A stretch of DNA of 64,000 bases from positions 2,560 to 66,559 of the forward strand of contig LCLX01000003.1 in NCBI GenBank assembly GCA_001002285.1, in the 5' to 3' direction. Source of the DNA: Microgenomates group bacterium GW2011_GWC1_46_15. GTDB lineage: Bacteria > Patescibacteriota > Microgenomatia > UBA1400 > UBA12028. Shown one piece after another: positions 51,656-62,272 of this stretch (the stretch's first letter is position 1; each line of letters begins with the position of its first letter). The position numbers were made by a program, and so were the translations under genes. Under the pieces are notes generated by a model. The model was given only the letters and a program-made list of their open reading frames with translations. It did no database searches and was not told the DNA's origin.

Positions 51656-53005
51656 TTATTTTAGCGTGTTGACCAGTTCGCGGATTCTTCGCACCTGTTT
51701 TCCGCTGATCACACGCGTGTATCCCAACCGCCGTGCCTCTTTCGCGCGTTTCTCCCCCATCCCAACACTGCGCACTTCGCCCAGTAAGCCGATTTCACCC
51801 ACATACGCCGCGTCTTTCGGAAGTGGAATATTTTTACATGAGGAAGCAATCGCCATCGCAATCGCTAAATCAGCACCAGGCTCGTTGACGACAAATCCAC
51901 CAGCTACATTTACAAAAATATCCTGTGTACCAAGCGGTAGTCCGCAATGTTTCTGCAATACTGCTGCTAGTAACTGAATACGTGGTAGCGCGATTCCACG
52001 GCCTACTCTGCGCGGCATCGCAAGTTGCGACGGCACCACCAACGCTTGAATTTCAACCAGCACCGGCCGCGTTCCTTCCAATACCGGAACAATCGCCGAT
52101 CCCGGCACATCACGGCTGGATTCCTGCAAAAACACCGCGCTTGGATTTTTTACTTCGCGCAATCCTGTTTCTACCGTTTCAAACACTCCAACTTCATCAG
52201 TCGCGCCAAATCTGTTTTTGACCGAGCGCAAAAGGCGGAAAAATCCTGACCGCTCACCGCTCAGCTCCAATACCGTGTCCACAATGTGTTCAAGTACCTT
52301 TGGTCCGGCAATCACGCCGTCTTTTGTGACGTGCCCAACCAAAAACACCGGAATATTCATGGATTTCGCGATGCGCGTGAACCGCTGCGTACATTCCTTG
52401 AGCTGACCAACCGATCCCGCGGTTCCCGTGAGATCAGACGTCTGCATGCTTTGAATGCTGTCAACAATTACCATGCCCGGTTTTTTTGATTGAATCACCC
52501 CAATGCACGCGTCCGCGTCAATTGACGTCACAAACTCCAACCGTTTTGCCACCGCCTGCGGAAGCGCCGTTCCGCTCATGCGCTTGATCCGGAGCGCAAT
52601 TTGTTCTGGACTTTCCTCTCCGCAGATGTACATAATCTCATACTCTTTAGACGTATCTTTCAGCAAATTAATGACTATTTGAGTAAGAAGTGTGGACTTC
52701 CCGATCCCCGGCTCACCCCCGATGAGGTTCACCGAACCTAACACGATACCGCCACCCACAACGCGGTCAAACTCTTCCATTCCACTGGGTATTCGAACAA
52801 ATAAGCGGTCGAGGTGTTTGAGTTCGCTTAACGTGACCGCCTGCGCGGGGCGCGAAGACCCTATGGTGTATTTTGTTGAGAATGAGGTTGGCGCGATCGT
52901 TTCCACCAGCGTGTTCCACGATCCGCAGTTTGGACACTGGCCAATCCACTTGGGTGATTGAAACTCACACGTCTGGCAAATATAGAGCGTAGAAGACTTC
53001 GGCAT
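51656..53005 (-). CDS. radA: DNA repair protein RadA/Sms
   Basis: 449 aa. N-terminal C4 zinc finger (CQTCEFQSPKWIGQCPNCGSW), Walker A GGEPGIGKST, KNRFG motif, C-terminal Lon-protease-like domain. Confidence 0.92.
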   Translation of the reverse strand: MPKSSTLYICQTCEFQSPKWIGQCPNCGSWNTLVETIAPTSFSTKYTIGSSRPAQAVTLSELKHLDRLFVRIPSGMEEFDRVVGGGIVLGSVNLIGGEPGIGKSTLLTQIVINLLKDTSKEYEIMYICGEESPEQIALRIKRMSGTALPQAVAKRLEFVTSIDADACIGVIQSKKPGMVIVDSIQSMQTSDLTGTAGSVGQLKECTQRFTRIAKSMNIPVFLVGHVTKDGVIAGPKVLEHIVDTVLELSGERSGFFRLLRSVKNRFGATDEVGVFETVETGLREVKNPSAVFLQESSRDVPGSAIVPVLEGTRPVLVEIQALVVPSQLAMPRRVGRGIALPRIQLLAAVLQKHCGLPLGTQDIFVNVAGGFVVNEPGADLAIAMAIASSCKNIPLPKDAAYVGEIGLLGEVRSVGMGEKRAKEARRLGYTRVISGKQVRRIRELVNTLK

Positions 53006-53068
53006 TGTGAAGGTATTCTAGCACCCGCTCAAAAAAGGAACATATTGACAATGCTGGCACAACTTGAA

Positions 53069-53230
53069 CGACACGTTTTTATCCATTGTTGCCGGTCATT
53101 CCCTGCACCGCCTCAAGATATGCGCGCATTTCTTTTTCAACTTTTTCCCAATCGCCGCCTGCTTCCCGGATCGCTTTAAACAGCAAATCCATATCAATAA
53201 GCAGCTGGTCGTCTGTTACGATCATGCGTT
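53069..53230 (-). CDS. small hypothetical protein (53 aa) with strong RBS
   Basis: MSKQRMIVTDDQLLIDMDLLFKAIREAGGDWEKVEKEMRAYLEAVQGMTGNNG. AGGAG about 6 nt upstream of the ATG. Lies between rpsA and radA on the same strand. Below the ORF-track cutoff. Confidence 0.4.
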
Positions 53231-53270
53231 GTTTTGACATATATCTCCTTTTGTCTTGTATGTATGCGTT

Positions 53271-54533
53271 CTACTTGTAGTCTATCGGAACTTCAGTCAA
53301 CATCAAGCCGAGCCGCATACGGCGTGCTTCTGGCTCAACTTTTTCGACTGTTACATCAAGTTTTTCGCCGACTTTTGGTTCCTTGCCAGCTGGAATTTTG
53401 CTGATGTGAATCAACCCGTCTACTCCAGGCTCCAAGTTCACAAACACACCAAACGGCGCAATACGTGAAACTTTGCCCGAAATCGTCATCCCATCTTGGT
53501 ACCGGTCTGCGATCGTGACCCACGGATCATCACCGAGGCGCTTAATCGACAAGTTCATCTTGCCGGTTTCTTTGTCCACCGACAGAACTTTCACTTTGAG
53601 TTTATCGCCAACTTTGTACAGCTGATTAGGATTCTCCACTTTTTCCCACGAAATTTCACTGATATGGACGAGTCCTTCAATATTCCCAAGCCCCTTTTTG
53701 TCTTCGGGCTTTGCTCCCGCAATCGGAACTTCAACCGTTACGAACACGCCAAACGGCATCACGCCGGAAACAGTTCCGTTATATACTTCGCCCTCAACAA
53801 TCGAGGTGAGAACTTCACCTTTTTGCGCGATCACTTGGGCTTCGGAAACATACCGCTCAGAAAAAATTAAGCGATTTTTCTCTTTATCAACCTCAATGAC
53901 GCGGACTTTGATTGGTGTATCAATCAGTGATTCAAGTTTGCCAATGTATTGTTTCCCAAACTGGCTTGTTGGAATAAATCCGCGGACACCATCAACACCC
54001 GCAATCATACCCCCCTTGTTCATCTCCATACCGCGCACTATCACCACTTCTTCCGTCTTCATCGCCTGCTCAAACTGATCCCATTTCTGGTTCATCATCG
54101 CGCGTTTGAATGAAAGCAAAATTTGGCCTCGGTCATTTTCCGCGCTCACCACATACACAGAAACTTTGTCCCCCGTGTGGAGCGTCGCAATAAAATCCTG
54201 CGCCGCTTCGTACTCTTTATCAACAATAAGACCTTCGGTTTTCCCCGCGATATCGACAAGCACCATTTTCTTTGTCACATCGGTCACAATTCCTTCGACA
54301 ACATCACCATGTTTTGGAACATTGAGCGATACCCCGTCGAGTGCGAGAAGCTCGTCCATAGAGGTTGGTGTTGAACCAACCGCCATGGTTTTTGACGCAG
54401 CTTTTGTTGCAACTTTCATTACAACCTTTGCCGCAACTTTCGCCGCACCAGAACTCACTGACTCAGCCGGACTTTTCGCTTTCCCCTTTCCTGAAGATTT
54501 CACACCAGAAGCGTTATCTGAAACTGTAGACAT
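53271..54533 (-). CDS. rpsA: 30S ribosomal protein S1-like (four S1 RNA-binding domains) with K/A-rich N-terminal tail
   Basis: 420 aa. Repeated S1-domain signatures (...GDVVEGIVTDVTKKMVLVDIAGKTEGLI..., ...GEVYNGTVSGVMPFGVFVTV..., ...GMTISGKVSRIAPFGVFVNL...). Confidence 0.8.
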   Translation of the reverse strand: MSTVSDNASGVKSSGKGKAKSPAESVSSGAAKVAAKVVMKVATKAASKTMAVGSTPTSMDELLALDGVSLNVPKHGDVVEGIVTDVTKKMVLVDIAGKTEGLIVDKEYEAAQDFIATLHTGDKVSVYVVSAENDRGQILLSFKRAMMNQKWDQFEQAMKTEEVVIVRGMEMNKGGMIAGVDGVRGFIPTSQFGKQYIGKLESLIDTPIKVRVIEVDKEKNRLIFSERYVSEAQVIAQKGEVLTSIVEGEVYNGTVSGVMPFGVFVTVEVPIAGAKPEDKKGLGNIEGLVHISEISWEKVENPNQLYKVGDKLKVKVLSVDKETGKMNLSIKRLGDDPWVTIADRYQDGMTISGKVSRIAPFGVFVNLEPGVDGLIHISKIPAGKEPKVGEKLDVTVEKVEPEARRMRLGLMLTEVPIDYK

Positions 54534-54612
54534 ATCGAATAATCCCCTTTCATAAGAATAGGGGGATTGTACCAGATGTAGGAAGAGATGACAATGCTGG
54601 AACTGATGAAGA

Positions 54613-54775
54613 GTTCGGGACTCGTCACTTGGGTAGACACAAACGACTCTTGGCTAAGTCCCGATCTACCCATATAGGGCATACATTAGATTACACATAT
54701 AACTCACGAAAACAAACTAAAAAGTCCTATATGTCAGCCCCTTGATAAGGTTTTCTGTAAGTCCCGATCTTAATC
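54613..54775 (-). repeat. composite palindromic intergenic repeat, copy 4 (inverted orientation) between rpsA start and 5S rRNA
   Basis: GTTCGGGACTCGTCACTTGGGTAGACACAAACGACTCTTGGCTAAGTCCCGATCTACCCATATAGGGC is the reverse complement of a part-B variant. GTAAGTCCCGATCTT is the reverse complement of part A. Confidence 0.8.
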
Positions 54776-54789
54776 CAAATACAAAAATC

Positions 54790-54908
54790 CCGGCCTTGAC
54801 CTATTTTCACACCAGCTCGTGCTGGCATTATCGTAGGCGCTGATGCGTTTGACGACTCTGTTCGGAATGGGAAGAGGTCGGACCACATCGCTCTAAAGAC
54901 CGGGAAGA
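54790..54908 (-). rRNA. rrf: 5S rRNA
   Basis: Reverse complement contains ...GATGTGGTCCGACCTCTTCCCATTCCGAACAGAGTCGTCAAACGCATCAGCGCCTACGATAAT..., matching the conserved 5S core (CCCATGCCGAACTCAGAAGTGAAACGCCGTAGCGCCGATGGTAGT). Ends are approximate. Confidence 0.6.
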
Positions 54909-55131
54909 TTGACGAATGTAAAGAGTTCCAATCAAACGCGTATATCAGACGTATGTCTGCGCGTTTGGTTTCGCTCCTTCACAATCGTGAAGAGAATGAA
55001 AGGTATACACGTAATGTATGTTCAATCGACCGATTAGTACAGCTAGGCTTAATCCTTCACAGGACGTACACCGGCTGCCTATCAACCTCGTAATCTCCGA
55101 GGGGTCTATTGGGATGTCTCATCTTAGGAAC

Positions 55132-55164
<33 letters not shown>

Positions 55165-55267
55165 AACAGGAATGTGGCTACCCTGCATTGCGCTTGACAG
55201 CGACAACAGGCACACCAGGGATTCCCTCACTTCGGTCCTCTCGTCATCTGATCTTCTGTTACCAGAA

Positions 55268-55535
55268 GGATAGACTATACCTTCACCTTTTCGCATTTCT
55301 GCGAGGAAGGTGCTTGCCGTGTTATGGATATATAATCCATCTTCATTCCACCTATTTTGGCGGAAATCCAGTCGTTACGGGGATGATTCCAAACTCGATA
55401 AGAGTTTTTTGTCATCTTCCCTCGGTATTGTCCTCTATAGCCATGGGACCATAGCTTAAAATATAGAGGATTTCACCGATTTGAGCAAGTGTATCACCCC
55501 TGCATTTCTGCAAGGCGTAGCAATTGTTTACTAGA
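55268..55535 (-). mobile_element. small ORF-less group I intron near the 23S 3' domain (about E. coli 2630-2640)
   Basis: R-like CCCCGTAACGACTGG and S element GGTGAAGGTATAGTCTATCC. Flanked by exon sequence ...GCGCTGGATGTTTGAAGGA upstream and ...GATGACGAGAGGACCGAAGTGAGG downstream. Boundaries are approximate. Confidence 0.4.
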
Positions 55536-55576
55536 AGCAAAATCCTTCAAACATCCAGCGCTGACAGTGGATAGAG

Positions 55577-55905
55577 GCCGACAATATGTTACAAAGGTAC
55601 GGTTTTACGTACACTCTTTATCACTAAAGAGATCCGACTATATCTTCATCCCCGAAAAGGGATATTTGACGTATAGTCTGTGAGGATTTCCTTCGCTTTC
55701 GCTTAGGATCTTTCCTGCTGATTGTCTTGCGTCAACAATTGACTGGTTTACTATTTTCACTTGCATGCAGATGCGAAACAAGTAAGTAAACATTAACGAG
55801 GGTTTCCAGCATTTAGTCAAATTTATAGTGGTTAAACCACTGTTACATTTTTGAGTCCTACCTATCTTCAAACGTCTATCTGTAACTTAGACAGCAAGGC
55901 CTTAT
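55577..55905 (-). mobile_element. small ORF-less group I intron inserted right after ...ACGTCGTGAGACAGT (I-CreI/I-CeuI-type homing-site region, about E. coli L2593-2610)
   Basis: R element CACAGACTATACGTCAAAT and S element GGATGAAGATATAGTCGGATC. Two short P9-like hairpins follow (CTCTTTAGTGATAAAGAG, GTACGTAAAACCGTAC). The exon resumes TGTCGGCCTCTATCC. Confidence 0.5.
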
Positions 55906-55910
55906 GCTCT

Positions 55911-55944
<34 letters not shown>

Positions 55945-56009
55945 ACGCTTTAATGGGCGAACAGACCAACCCTTGGGAGCTTCTTCACCCCCAGGATGCG
56001 TTGCATATG

Positions 56010-56886
56010 ATTTCATGTATTTCTACAGATATAGACTATATCTTCACCCTTCTTCGAAGGGGCTCGGCATATTATAGGAAGTAAAATTTGTCATGATTAT
56101 GACAACTATCCTATCTCGTTCTTTCGAACTCAGTCGTTACGGGGTCAAAGGAAGTTTATATTTCATACATTCAACCATATGCGGTCGAATGATGTTCGCA
56201 AACATACGTAAATCTCGAGATGGAATATGCAATCGAGCAAATCCACCAGCAAAATGTACTGCTGTGTGCAAACTGAAATTCTCAAATAGTGTTTGTTGAA
56301 GTACTTCATGTTCTTTTTGTGTAAAAGACGATGAACATATATACGCACCAGATTTATCCGTACGCAGATATCCATCATCCATATACCACACTGCTAGAAC
56401 AAGAGGCGATTGCAAAAGGACCTGAATATGTTCAGGTATACGTTTTTTCCCGTTATGATAAAAATCCATATAGTGTTGATCGAAAATATTTAAACTTAGT
56501 GTTGAAAACCTCCAACGTTTTGTTTGTTTTCCATTTCGACCAGCATGCCATAATATATATGGCTGCTTTTGTACATACATATTGAATTCTTTATAAAACC
56601 AGAAAACATATTTCTCTTGTTTTTCGCCACGCTCGATTCTTAATCGAACATGTTTTCCATTCTTTTCTAAACACCCATCACCTAATATTTTTCCAACAAG
56701 CATAGCGTGTTGTTTCGGTGATAAACTTCCTCGACTTCCCACGGTATTGCCATGTTTCATAGTTCATTTCAGCGTATCATAGATACCCGAAGAAAAGAAG
56801 AAGATGAAACGAAGGGTTCACCGTTATTAGCCAAGTGTTTTGTTTCAAAAATTACTCTTTGAATGACCCAGACCCTTTCGGGTTAA
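56010..56886 (-). mobile_element. group I intron with LAGLIDADG homing endonuclease ORF, inserted after micro-exon GATGTCGGCT (about E. coli L2455-2460)
   Basis: The 5' region TAACCCGAAAGGGTCTGGGTCATTC parallels the start of the degenerate copy. R-like CCCCGTAACGACTG and S element GGGTGAAGATATAGTC (reverse complement of about 56027-56042). The exon resumes ...CATCCTGGGGGTGAAGAAGCTCCCAAGG. Confidence 0.55.
56137..56760 (-). CDS. intron-encoded LAGLIDADG homing endonuclease (double-motif)
   Basis: 207 aa. Motifs ...LVGKILGDGCLEK... and ...LAVWYMDDGYL.... Start MKHGNTVGSRG is duplicated (truncated) in the adjacent degenerate intron. Confidence 0.8.
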   Translation of the reverse strand: MKHGNTVGSRGSLSPKQHAMLVGKILGDGCLEKNGKHVRLRIERGEKQEKYVFWFYKEFNMYVQKQPYILWHAGRNGKQTKRWRFSTLSLNIFDQHYMDFYHNGKKRIPEHIQVLLQSPLVLAVWYMDDGYLRTDKSGAYICSSSFTQKEHEVLQQTLFENFSLHTAVHFAGGFARLHIPSRDLRMFANIIRPHMVECMKYKLPLTP

Positions 56887-56896
56887 GCCGACATCG

Positions 56897-57240
56897 CAAA
56901 CAACCTAAAAACTTTCGTTTATAGCCTGACTATACCTTCATCCGCTAAGGGCGGATGTGGGCGTGTTATGGAATATGTAATATAGAGATATACTCCATCC
57001 AGAATTCTTCATTCTGAGTCGATACGGGGTCAAGATACTTTTGTAAAAGTATCCGACTTCCCACGGTGTTGCCATGTTTCATCATATTTCTACGGTATCA
57101 TAAAGACCCGAAGAAAAGTAGAAGATGAAACGAAGGGTTCACCGTTATGAGCCCAAATTCTCTGTTTTGTGCTTGAGTAATCACACACAGAACAGAAACA
57201 GCACCATCCTATTGCTAGAATGGGACCCCGATGTTAATTG
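56897..57240 (-). mobile_element. degenerate ORF-less group I intron copy (deletion derivative of the neighbouring intron) inserted after ...GGTTTGCTACCTC (about E. coli L2449)
   Basis: Contains a 110-nt duplicate of the 5' part of the downstream intron, including a truncated HE start (ATGAAACATGGCAACACCGTGGGAAGTCG = MKHGNTVGS...). It then jumps to an S element GGATGAAGGTATAGTC. A micro-exon GATGTCGGCT follows. Confidence 0.5.
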
Positions 57241-57861
57241 AGGTAGCAAACCGCGCCGTCGCTAGGGACGCTTAGGCGCGATGACTCTGTTATCCCCAGA
57301 GTAGCTTTTATCCGTTAAGCCCGGTACCTTCCACAAAGTACACGAGGATCACTATGACCTGCTTTCGCACCTGCTCGGCCTGTTTGCCTCACAGTCAAGC
57401 ATCCTTATGCCGTTGCACTTCCAGCCCGATTTCCATCCGGGCCAAGGATACCATTGCGCGCTTGCGGTACTCTTTAGCAAGCAACCTCCCCAGTTAAACT
57501 ACCCGCCAGACAGTGTTCCCTTCGCCGTTTGCAGGCGAATTGGGTGAGATATTTTATACGAAACGAGCGGTATTACACTGTTGTATGTACCTTGCGGCAC
57601 ACACTCCCGCCTATCCTAGACAATCCCGAATAAAACATCAGTGCCAAGCTATAGTAAAGCTTCATGGGGTCTTTTTGTCCTACTGCCAGTAGGCCGCATC
57701 TTCACAGCCATTTCAATTTCGCCGAGTAATGGTTCGAGACAGTTGGAGACTCGTTGTTCCTTTCATGCGCGTCGCCAATTAAGCGACAAGGTATTTCGCT
57801 GATTTGATTGACTTATCAATCTTTTTTGTTATAGCTCGTGTTGAGCTAGCGCGGTCATTTC

Positions 57862-58930
57862 TGCCGCTCTCTCATGGTCGCCCATGAGATCAGACTATCC
57901 CTTCACCAAAGAGGTTTGTTGTCATTTATGTACAACGGTAATTCTTTGGCGTTACGCGTATAGTCGTTGAGGATCCGATTCAATCGATCACGTTTGATAC
58001 GATTCTTTTGTAATTGAAAAGGAAAGTCTTCAGAAAATATCCGAAGCAATCGAACAACGTCCGATCGTTTTCCAGTTTCGTATACAAAAAGTTTCTCGTC
58101 TTTACGTTCATATACAAATCCGACTTTGAAGAAGAATCGAAATAATGTAATTATCCCATAATCCTTCATTCCTACTGTAAAGTAGGGTTGATATGTATTG
58201 TTACGTTTTTTCAAACCAACAGAGCCTTCTGCGTCAAATATTCCACATAAGAAGAATCCAAGTTCTTGTCTCGAATATCTTCTTTCATGAAAAGTCATTT
58301 GAGTGACAGAAAGTCCTTCTTTTTTTAATAATTTCAAATTTGCTCGAATATGTTCAATTTCTTCAACCTCACTCATATTTCTACGAGTGCTTTTTCCTTT
58401 TGCAGATAAAATATTCATTGCTTGTTGAAGCAATGAAATTTTAGCGTTTGCAATATCTCCTGCAATAATTGGGTATTGTGAAAAGAAAGAAAGCGCTAAA
58501 GCAACTTTTTTCTTTCCACGCATACTTAAGTTATATCCTCCATGAATGGGTGAAATAACTCCCCTACTATTACATAAACGTGCATTCACTTTTGCTAAAA
58601 GATAAAGGTCTTCATTAGAAACTGTGAGATCTGGACTATATGAAAATCCAGACCCATATGGTCTTGACTGTTTGATAACAGAACAAGACATTTCTCCGGC
58701 GCAAAATCCTGAAATATAAAAATTATCGACTTTACTCGTTTCCTGCTGGTTTTCTGCAGGTATGGCATTGTCAGTTGAAGAAATATTGGGCATCACTTTT
58801 ATAATACCCAAATATTTACCGAATATCAACTAGCCATCCTTCTAAAACACTAAAGATACCATCTTTGTGTTACAGATTTTCCAGCATACAGCGCAATTTT
58901 ACTATGGCAACGTTTTGATACCATAGAACA
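57862..58930 (-). mobile_element. group I intron with LAGLIDADG homing endonuclease ORF, inserted after the ...GTAACTATAAC helix-69 sequence (about E. coli L1917-1920)
   Basis: The 5' exon ends at ...GAAGCCCCGGTGAACGGCAGCAGTAACTATAAC (reverse complement of about 58931-58965). Group I S-element-like GGTGAAGGGATAGTC (reverse complement of 57891-57907) and R-like ACGACTATACGC are present. The 3' boundary is uncertain because the universal GGTCCTAAGGTAGC block is not evident. Confidence 0.55.
57903..58829 (-). CDS. intron-encoded LAGLIDADG homing endonuclease (double-motif)
   Basis: 308 aa. Motifs ...YISGFCAGEMSCS... and ...LCGIFDAEGSVGL.... Located entirely within the 23S insertion. Confidence 0.75.
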   Translation of the reverse strand: MIFGKYLGIIKVMPNISSTDNAIPAENQQETSKVDNFYISGFCAGEMSCSVIKQSRPYGSGFSYSPDLTVSNEDLYLLAKVNARLCNSRGVISPIHGGYNLSMRGKKKVALALSFFSQYPIIAGDIANAKISLLQQAMNILSAKGKSTRRNMSEVEEIEHIRANLKLLKKEGLSVTQMTFHERRYSRQELGFFLCGIFDAEGSVGLKKRNNTYQPYFTVGMKDYGIITLFRFFFKVGFVYERKDEKLFVYETGKRSDVVRLLRIFSEDFPFQLQKNRIKRDRLNRILNDYTRNAKELPLYINDNKPLW

Positions 58931-61103
58931 GTTATAGTTACTGCTGCCGTTCACCGGGGCTTCAATTGAAAGCAGTACCCTTGCGGGTACCACTCTCGCA
59001 GTTAACCTTCCGGCACTGGGCAGGTTTCAGCCCGTATACGTCCTCTTTCGAGTTTGCACGGACCTGTGTTTTTGTTAAACAGTCAGTCTCCAGTCTTTCG
59101 CTGCGCCTCTCCTTGCGGAGAGAAGGGCATATACCAAGGGTACGCCCAGCTGTTTTGCCGAATTCCTTAAACCATTGTCTCTCGTTCTCCTTAGCCTTCT
59201 CGGCCAGTTCACCTGTGTCGGTTATCGGTACGATTTAATAACACTCTGCTTGCGAAGCTTTTCTAGGAACCTGAAGTCCTGCGTCTTGCCCGTTCCTTGC
59301 GGAACAGACTCCACATCACAATTCGATTAAACATATCTGCGGGTTTGCCAACAGACATTATCTCGTTGCTTGTGCGGCTCTATCTTCGACAGAGCGCACG
59401 CAGTATCCAAATCCGTCCCTCCCCAAGTCATAACGATTGTTATCAAGGACCAGAATATCAACTGGTTATCCATCAGCTACGCCATTCGGCCTCGCCTAAG
59501 GGTCGCCTTACCCGCACACGACAAACGTGGGTGCGGAAACCTTGAACATTCGGAGATGAAGATTCTCACTTCATGTACGCTACTCATACCGGCATTCGCA
59601 CTTCCGGTCGCTCCAGCAGATCGATTTCTCGCCGCCTTCACAGCACCCGGAACGCTCCCCTACCACTCACATAATTTCTTACGAAAATATATAAATCTTT
59701 GTCTTCGGTATATTCCTTAAGCCTCGATACGTTTTCGACGCCCTGATCCTCGGCTAGTGAGCTGTTACGCTTTCTTTCAAGGATGGCTGCTTCTGAGCCG
59801 ACCTCCTAGGTGTTTGGGGACCAAGACTATCTTTCCCACTGAGGAATATTTAGAGACCTTAGACGAAAGTCTGGGATGTTTCCCTCTCGCCTGGCGAACT
59901 TAGCTCCGCCATACTGAGTCCCATGCACGAACTGACGGTATTCGGAGTTTGGTTAAATTTTTGATCTTGCGACCAAAAAATTCATCCAGTACTCTACCCC
60001 CATCAGCCTAATCATGAGCCTATACCTAAATATATTTCGGGGAGAACCAGCTATCTCCAGGTTCGATAGGCATATAACCTCTACCCACAATTCATCCGAC
60101 AGACTTGCAACTCTGAACGGTTCGGTCCTCCCGCACGTTTTACCGTACGTTCAACCTGATCATGGGTAGCTCACCTGGTTTCGGGTCTATAGTGTGTTCC
60201 TTGGCGCCCTATTCAGGCTCGCTTTCACTGCGCGTCCGCCGTTTCAACGGCTTACACTTGGAACAGACCATAACTCGCCGGTTCATTCTTCAATAGGCAC
60301 GACATCATCCTTGCGGACTCTGTCTGCTTGTTAGCAGATAGTTTCAGTTTCTATTTCACGGGGTCTTCGACCCTTCTTTTCACCTTTCCCTCACGGTACT
60401 CGTTCGCTATCGGTCAACACATGTATTTAGCCTTGGAGCGTGGTCGCCCCAGATTCTTCCCGGAGTTTGCCGTCTCCGAAAGTACTTAGGAAATCCCTAT
60501 GGTGCATCTGTTTTTCATATACACGACTGTCACGTTCTTTGGTCGCTCATTCCATAGCGTTCTATTCAACAGATACAATCCAATATTGGGCTCCTGCAAC
60601 CCCCATCTTACGATGGGTTTAGGCTGTTCCCTTTTCGCTCGTCGCTTACTCAGGGAATCTCTTTCGATGTCTTTTCCAGCGCGTACTTAGATATTTCAGT
60701 TCTGCGCGTACCCTTCCGTGACAAAAGCCACGGATGACCCAGAATAACCTGGGCCGGGTTTCCCCATTCGGACACCACCGGATCAAAGCTTCTTGACAGC
60801 TCCCCGGCGAGTTTCGCCGTCTAGTGCGTCCTTCTTCGGCATGTGTTGCCAAGGCATCCACTATCTGCATGAGTTCACATACATTACTGTATACTCTTGC
60901 GTTTTCAAAATTTTTGAAAATACAACCTACTGTTATTTTTTACAATAACAGCGTTGCAGCATTGATGAACGCATACAAAAGTATGCGCCCTTCCGCAGTG
61001 TTCTTCCCTTACGGGATGAAACGCGGTTTGCCGCAACATTCATTCTCTTCACTTGTTAAGGAGCGAATCCGTTGATCGGAGAAGAGTCTAAGCGTTTAAC
61101 GGC

Positions 61104-61334
61104 TTAGGCGCTTCTTGAATCAGAATGTCTTTTCTTGCTTTCCTCAGTGTTTACGTATGCCGACACTCTTTGCCAAAGGTCGTAAAGCTGTGCGGGCTGA
61201 TGATTTACCGCTGTATTCGCTTCTTGTCTCTTCGCCTCAAGCCAATCATGCAATTGAGGAAGAGTAAACTGTCTAAAGTCAATTCCTTCTTCAATAACGA
61301 TAATTTTGCTACTATCGACCTTTTCTCCCGACAT
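61104..61334 (-). CDS. small hypothetical protein (76 aa) in the tRNA-Ala/23S spacer
   Basis: Non-repetitive acidic/helical sequence. AGGAAG RBS-like sequence about 8 nt upstream of the ATG. Location inside an rRNA operon spacer makes it uncertain. Confidence 0.25.
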   Translation of the reverse strand: MSGEKVDSSKIIVIEEGIDFRQFTLPQLHDWLEAKRQEANTAVNHQPAQLYDLWQRVSAYVNTEESKKRHSDSRSA

Positions 61335-61352
61335 ACGTTGTTAACTTCCTAG

Positions 61353-61425
61353 TGGACCCAAGCGGGCTCGAACCGCTCACCTCATCATTGCAAATGATGC
61401 GCTCTACCAGATGAGCTATGGGCCC
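61353..61425 (-). tRNA. tRNA-Ala (anticodon UGC), upstream of 23S on the same strand, no 16S between or nearby
   Basis: Reverse complement is GGGCCCATAGCTCATCTGGTAGAGCGCATCATTTGCAATGATGAGGTGAGCGGTTCGAGCCCGCTTGGGTCCA. G3:U70. Anticodon loop TTTGCAA. Confidence 0.88.
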
Positions 61426-61649
61426 GGGTTCGCTGGCTCCTTTCCACTTGCTATGCTTTCGTAAAGAACAAAAAACTCCCATTTCGGGAGTCATCCTGCA
61501 TACAAGCGCCAACGTAAGGAGATCAGTGCATCGAGCTCCTTTCACATCCTGGACATGTTGTGGCGCGAGTAAACAAGAACACTCTCCTTTACGTTATCTG
61601 CATCCTGCAGAGTCAGCAGTATATGATACTCGGCAGAAAAATGCAAGTC

Positions 61650-62255
61650 CTAATACCTCTGGCCAGCTGGCTTTGGAACAAACGGCTTCATCTGAGCAAT
61701 ATCTTCGGGCTTGTGTTTAAAGAGGTACAAGATCTTATCGAGATAATTCCCCAAATCTTTGTAGTAGTACACGTGTTCCAGATCAAGATCGTCATTCGTG
61801 TACACGTTTTCGCGCGTTTGTTCGTGCGTGTGCACATATGTAGAACCGGCATGAACAACCACTGTTCCAATCATCAACATTTTCCACAATGCGTTGCGCG
61901 GAAATGTTTTGATTTTCACTGCGTCATCCCAGTTGAGCGCGCGCGAGTTTGTTGCAAACGGGGTTGCCGCTTCAAACCGCACAATCCGGCGGTCGGTAAT
62001 ATACGCTCTGCTTTTTTTGAACATCAGCACACTCGCCCATGTTCCAAACACCGCGATTAACGATCCAAGAAAAAGACCGATAAACGGTAAACCTTTCATC
62101 ACGCTTGTCAAAAATAAAAAGCTTAAAAATATCGCGAGCGACAAAAGATAGATTTTTGCTAATCCCGTATAAAGCGCATAGATATGCGGCTCAACAATGT
62201 AAAGCACGCGCTCGTCTGTTTGCTGTCCGGGAAAATAATGGCTTTCCATAGGCAT
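61650..62255 (-). CDS. hypothetical membrane protein (2 TM + cytoplasmic beta-rich domain, bacterial PH-like?)
   Basis: 201 aa. Two adjacent TM helices followed by a ...YITDRRIVRFE... segment reminiscent of bPH_2/YdbT-type domains. Weak. Confidence 0.35.
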   Translation of the reverse strand: MPMESHYFPGQQTDERVLYIVEPHIYALYTGLAKIYLLSLAIFLSFLFLTSVMKGLPFIGLFLGSLIAVFGTWASVLMFKKSRAYITDRRIVRFEAATPFATNSRALNWDDAVKIKTFPRNALWKMLMIGTVVVHAGSTYVHTHEQTRENVYTNDDLDLEHVYYYKDLGNYLDKILYLFKHKPEDIAQMKPFVPKPAGQRY

Positions 62256-62272
62256 AGTGTATCATATAGTGT

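Noticed and set aside
14162-54775. Possibility that the repeated GGGACTT-containing elements form a CRISPR array
   Set aside because: Copies are tens of kb apart, in both orientations, with no regular repeat-spacer periodicity and no cas genes nearby.
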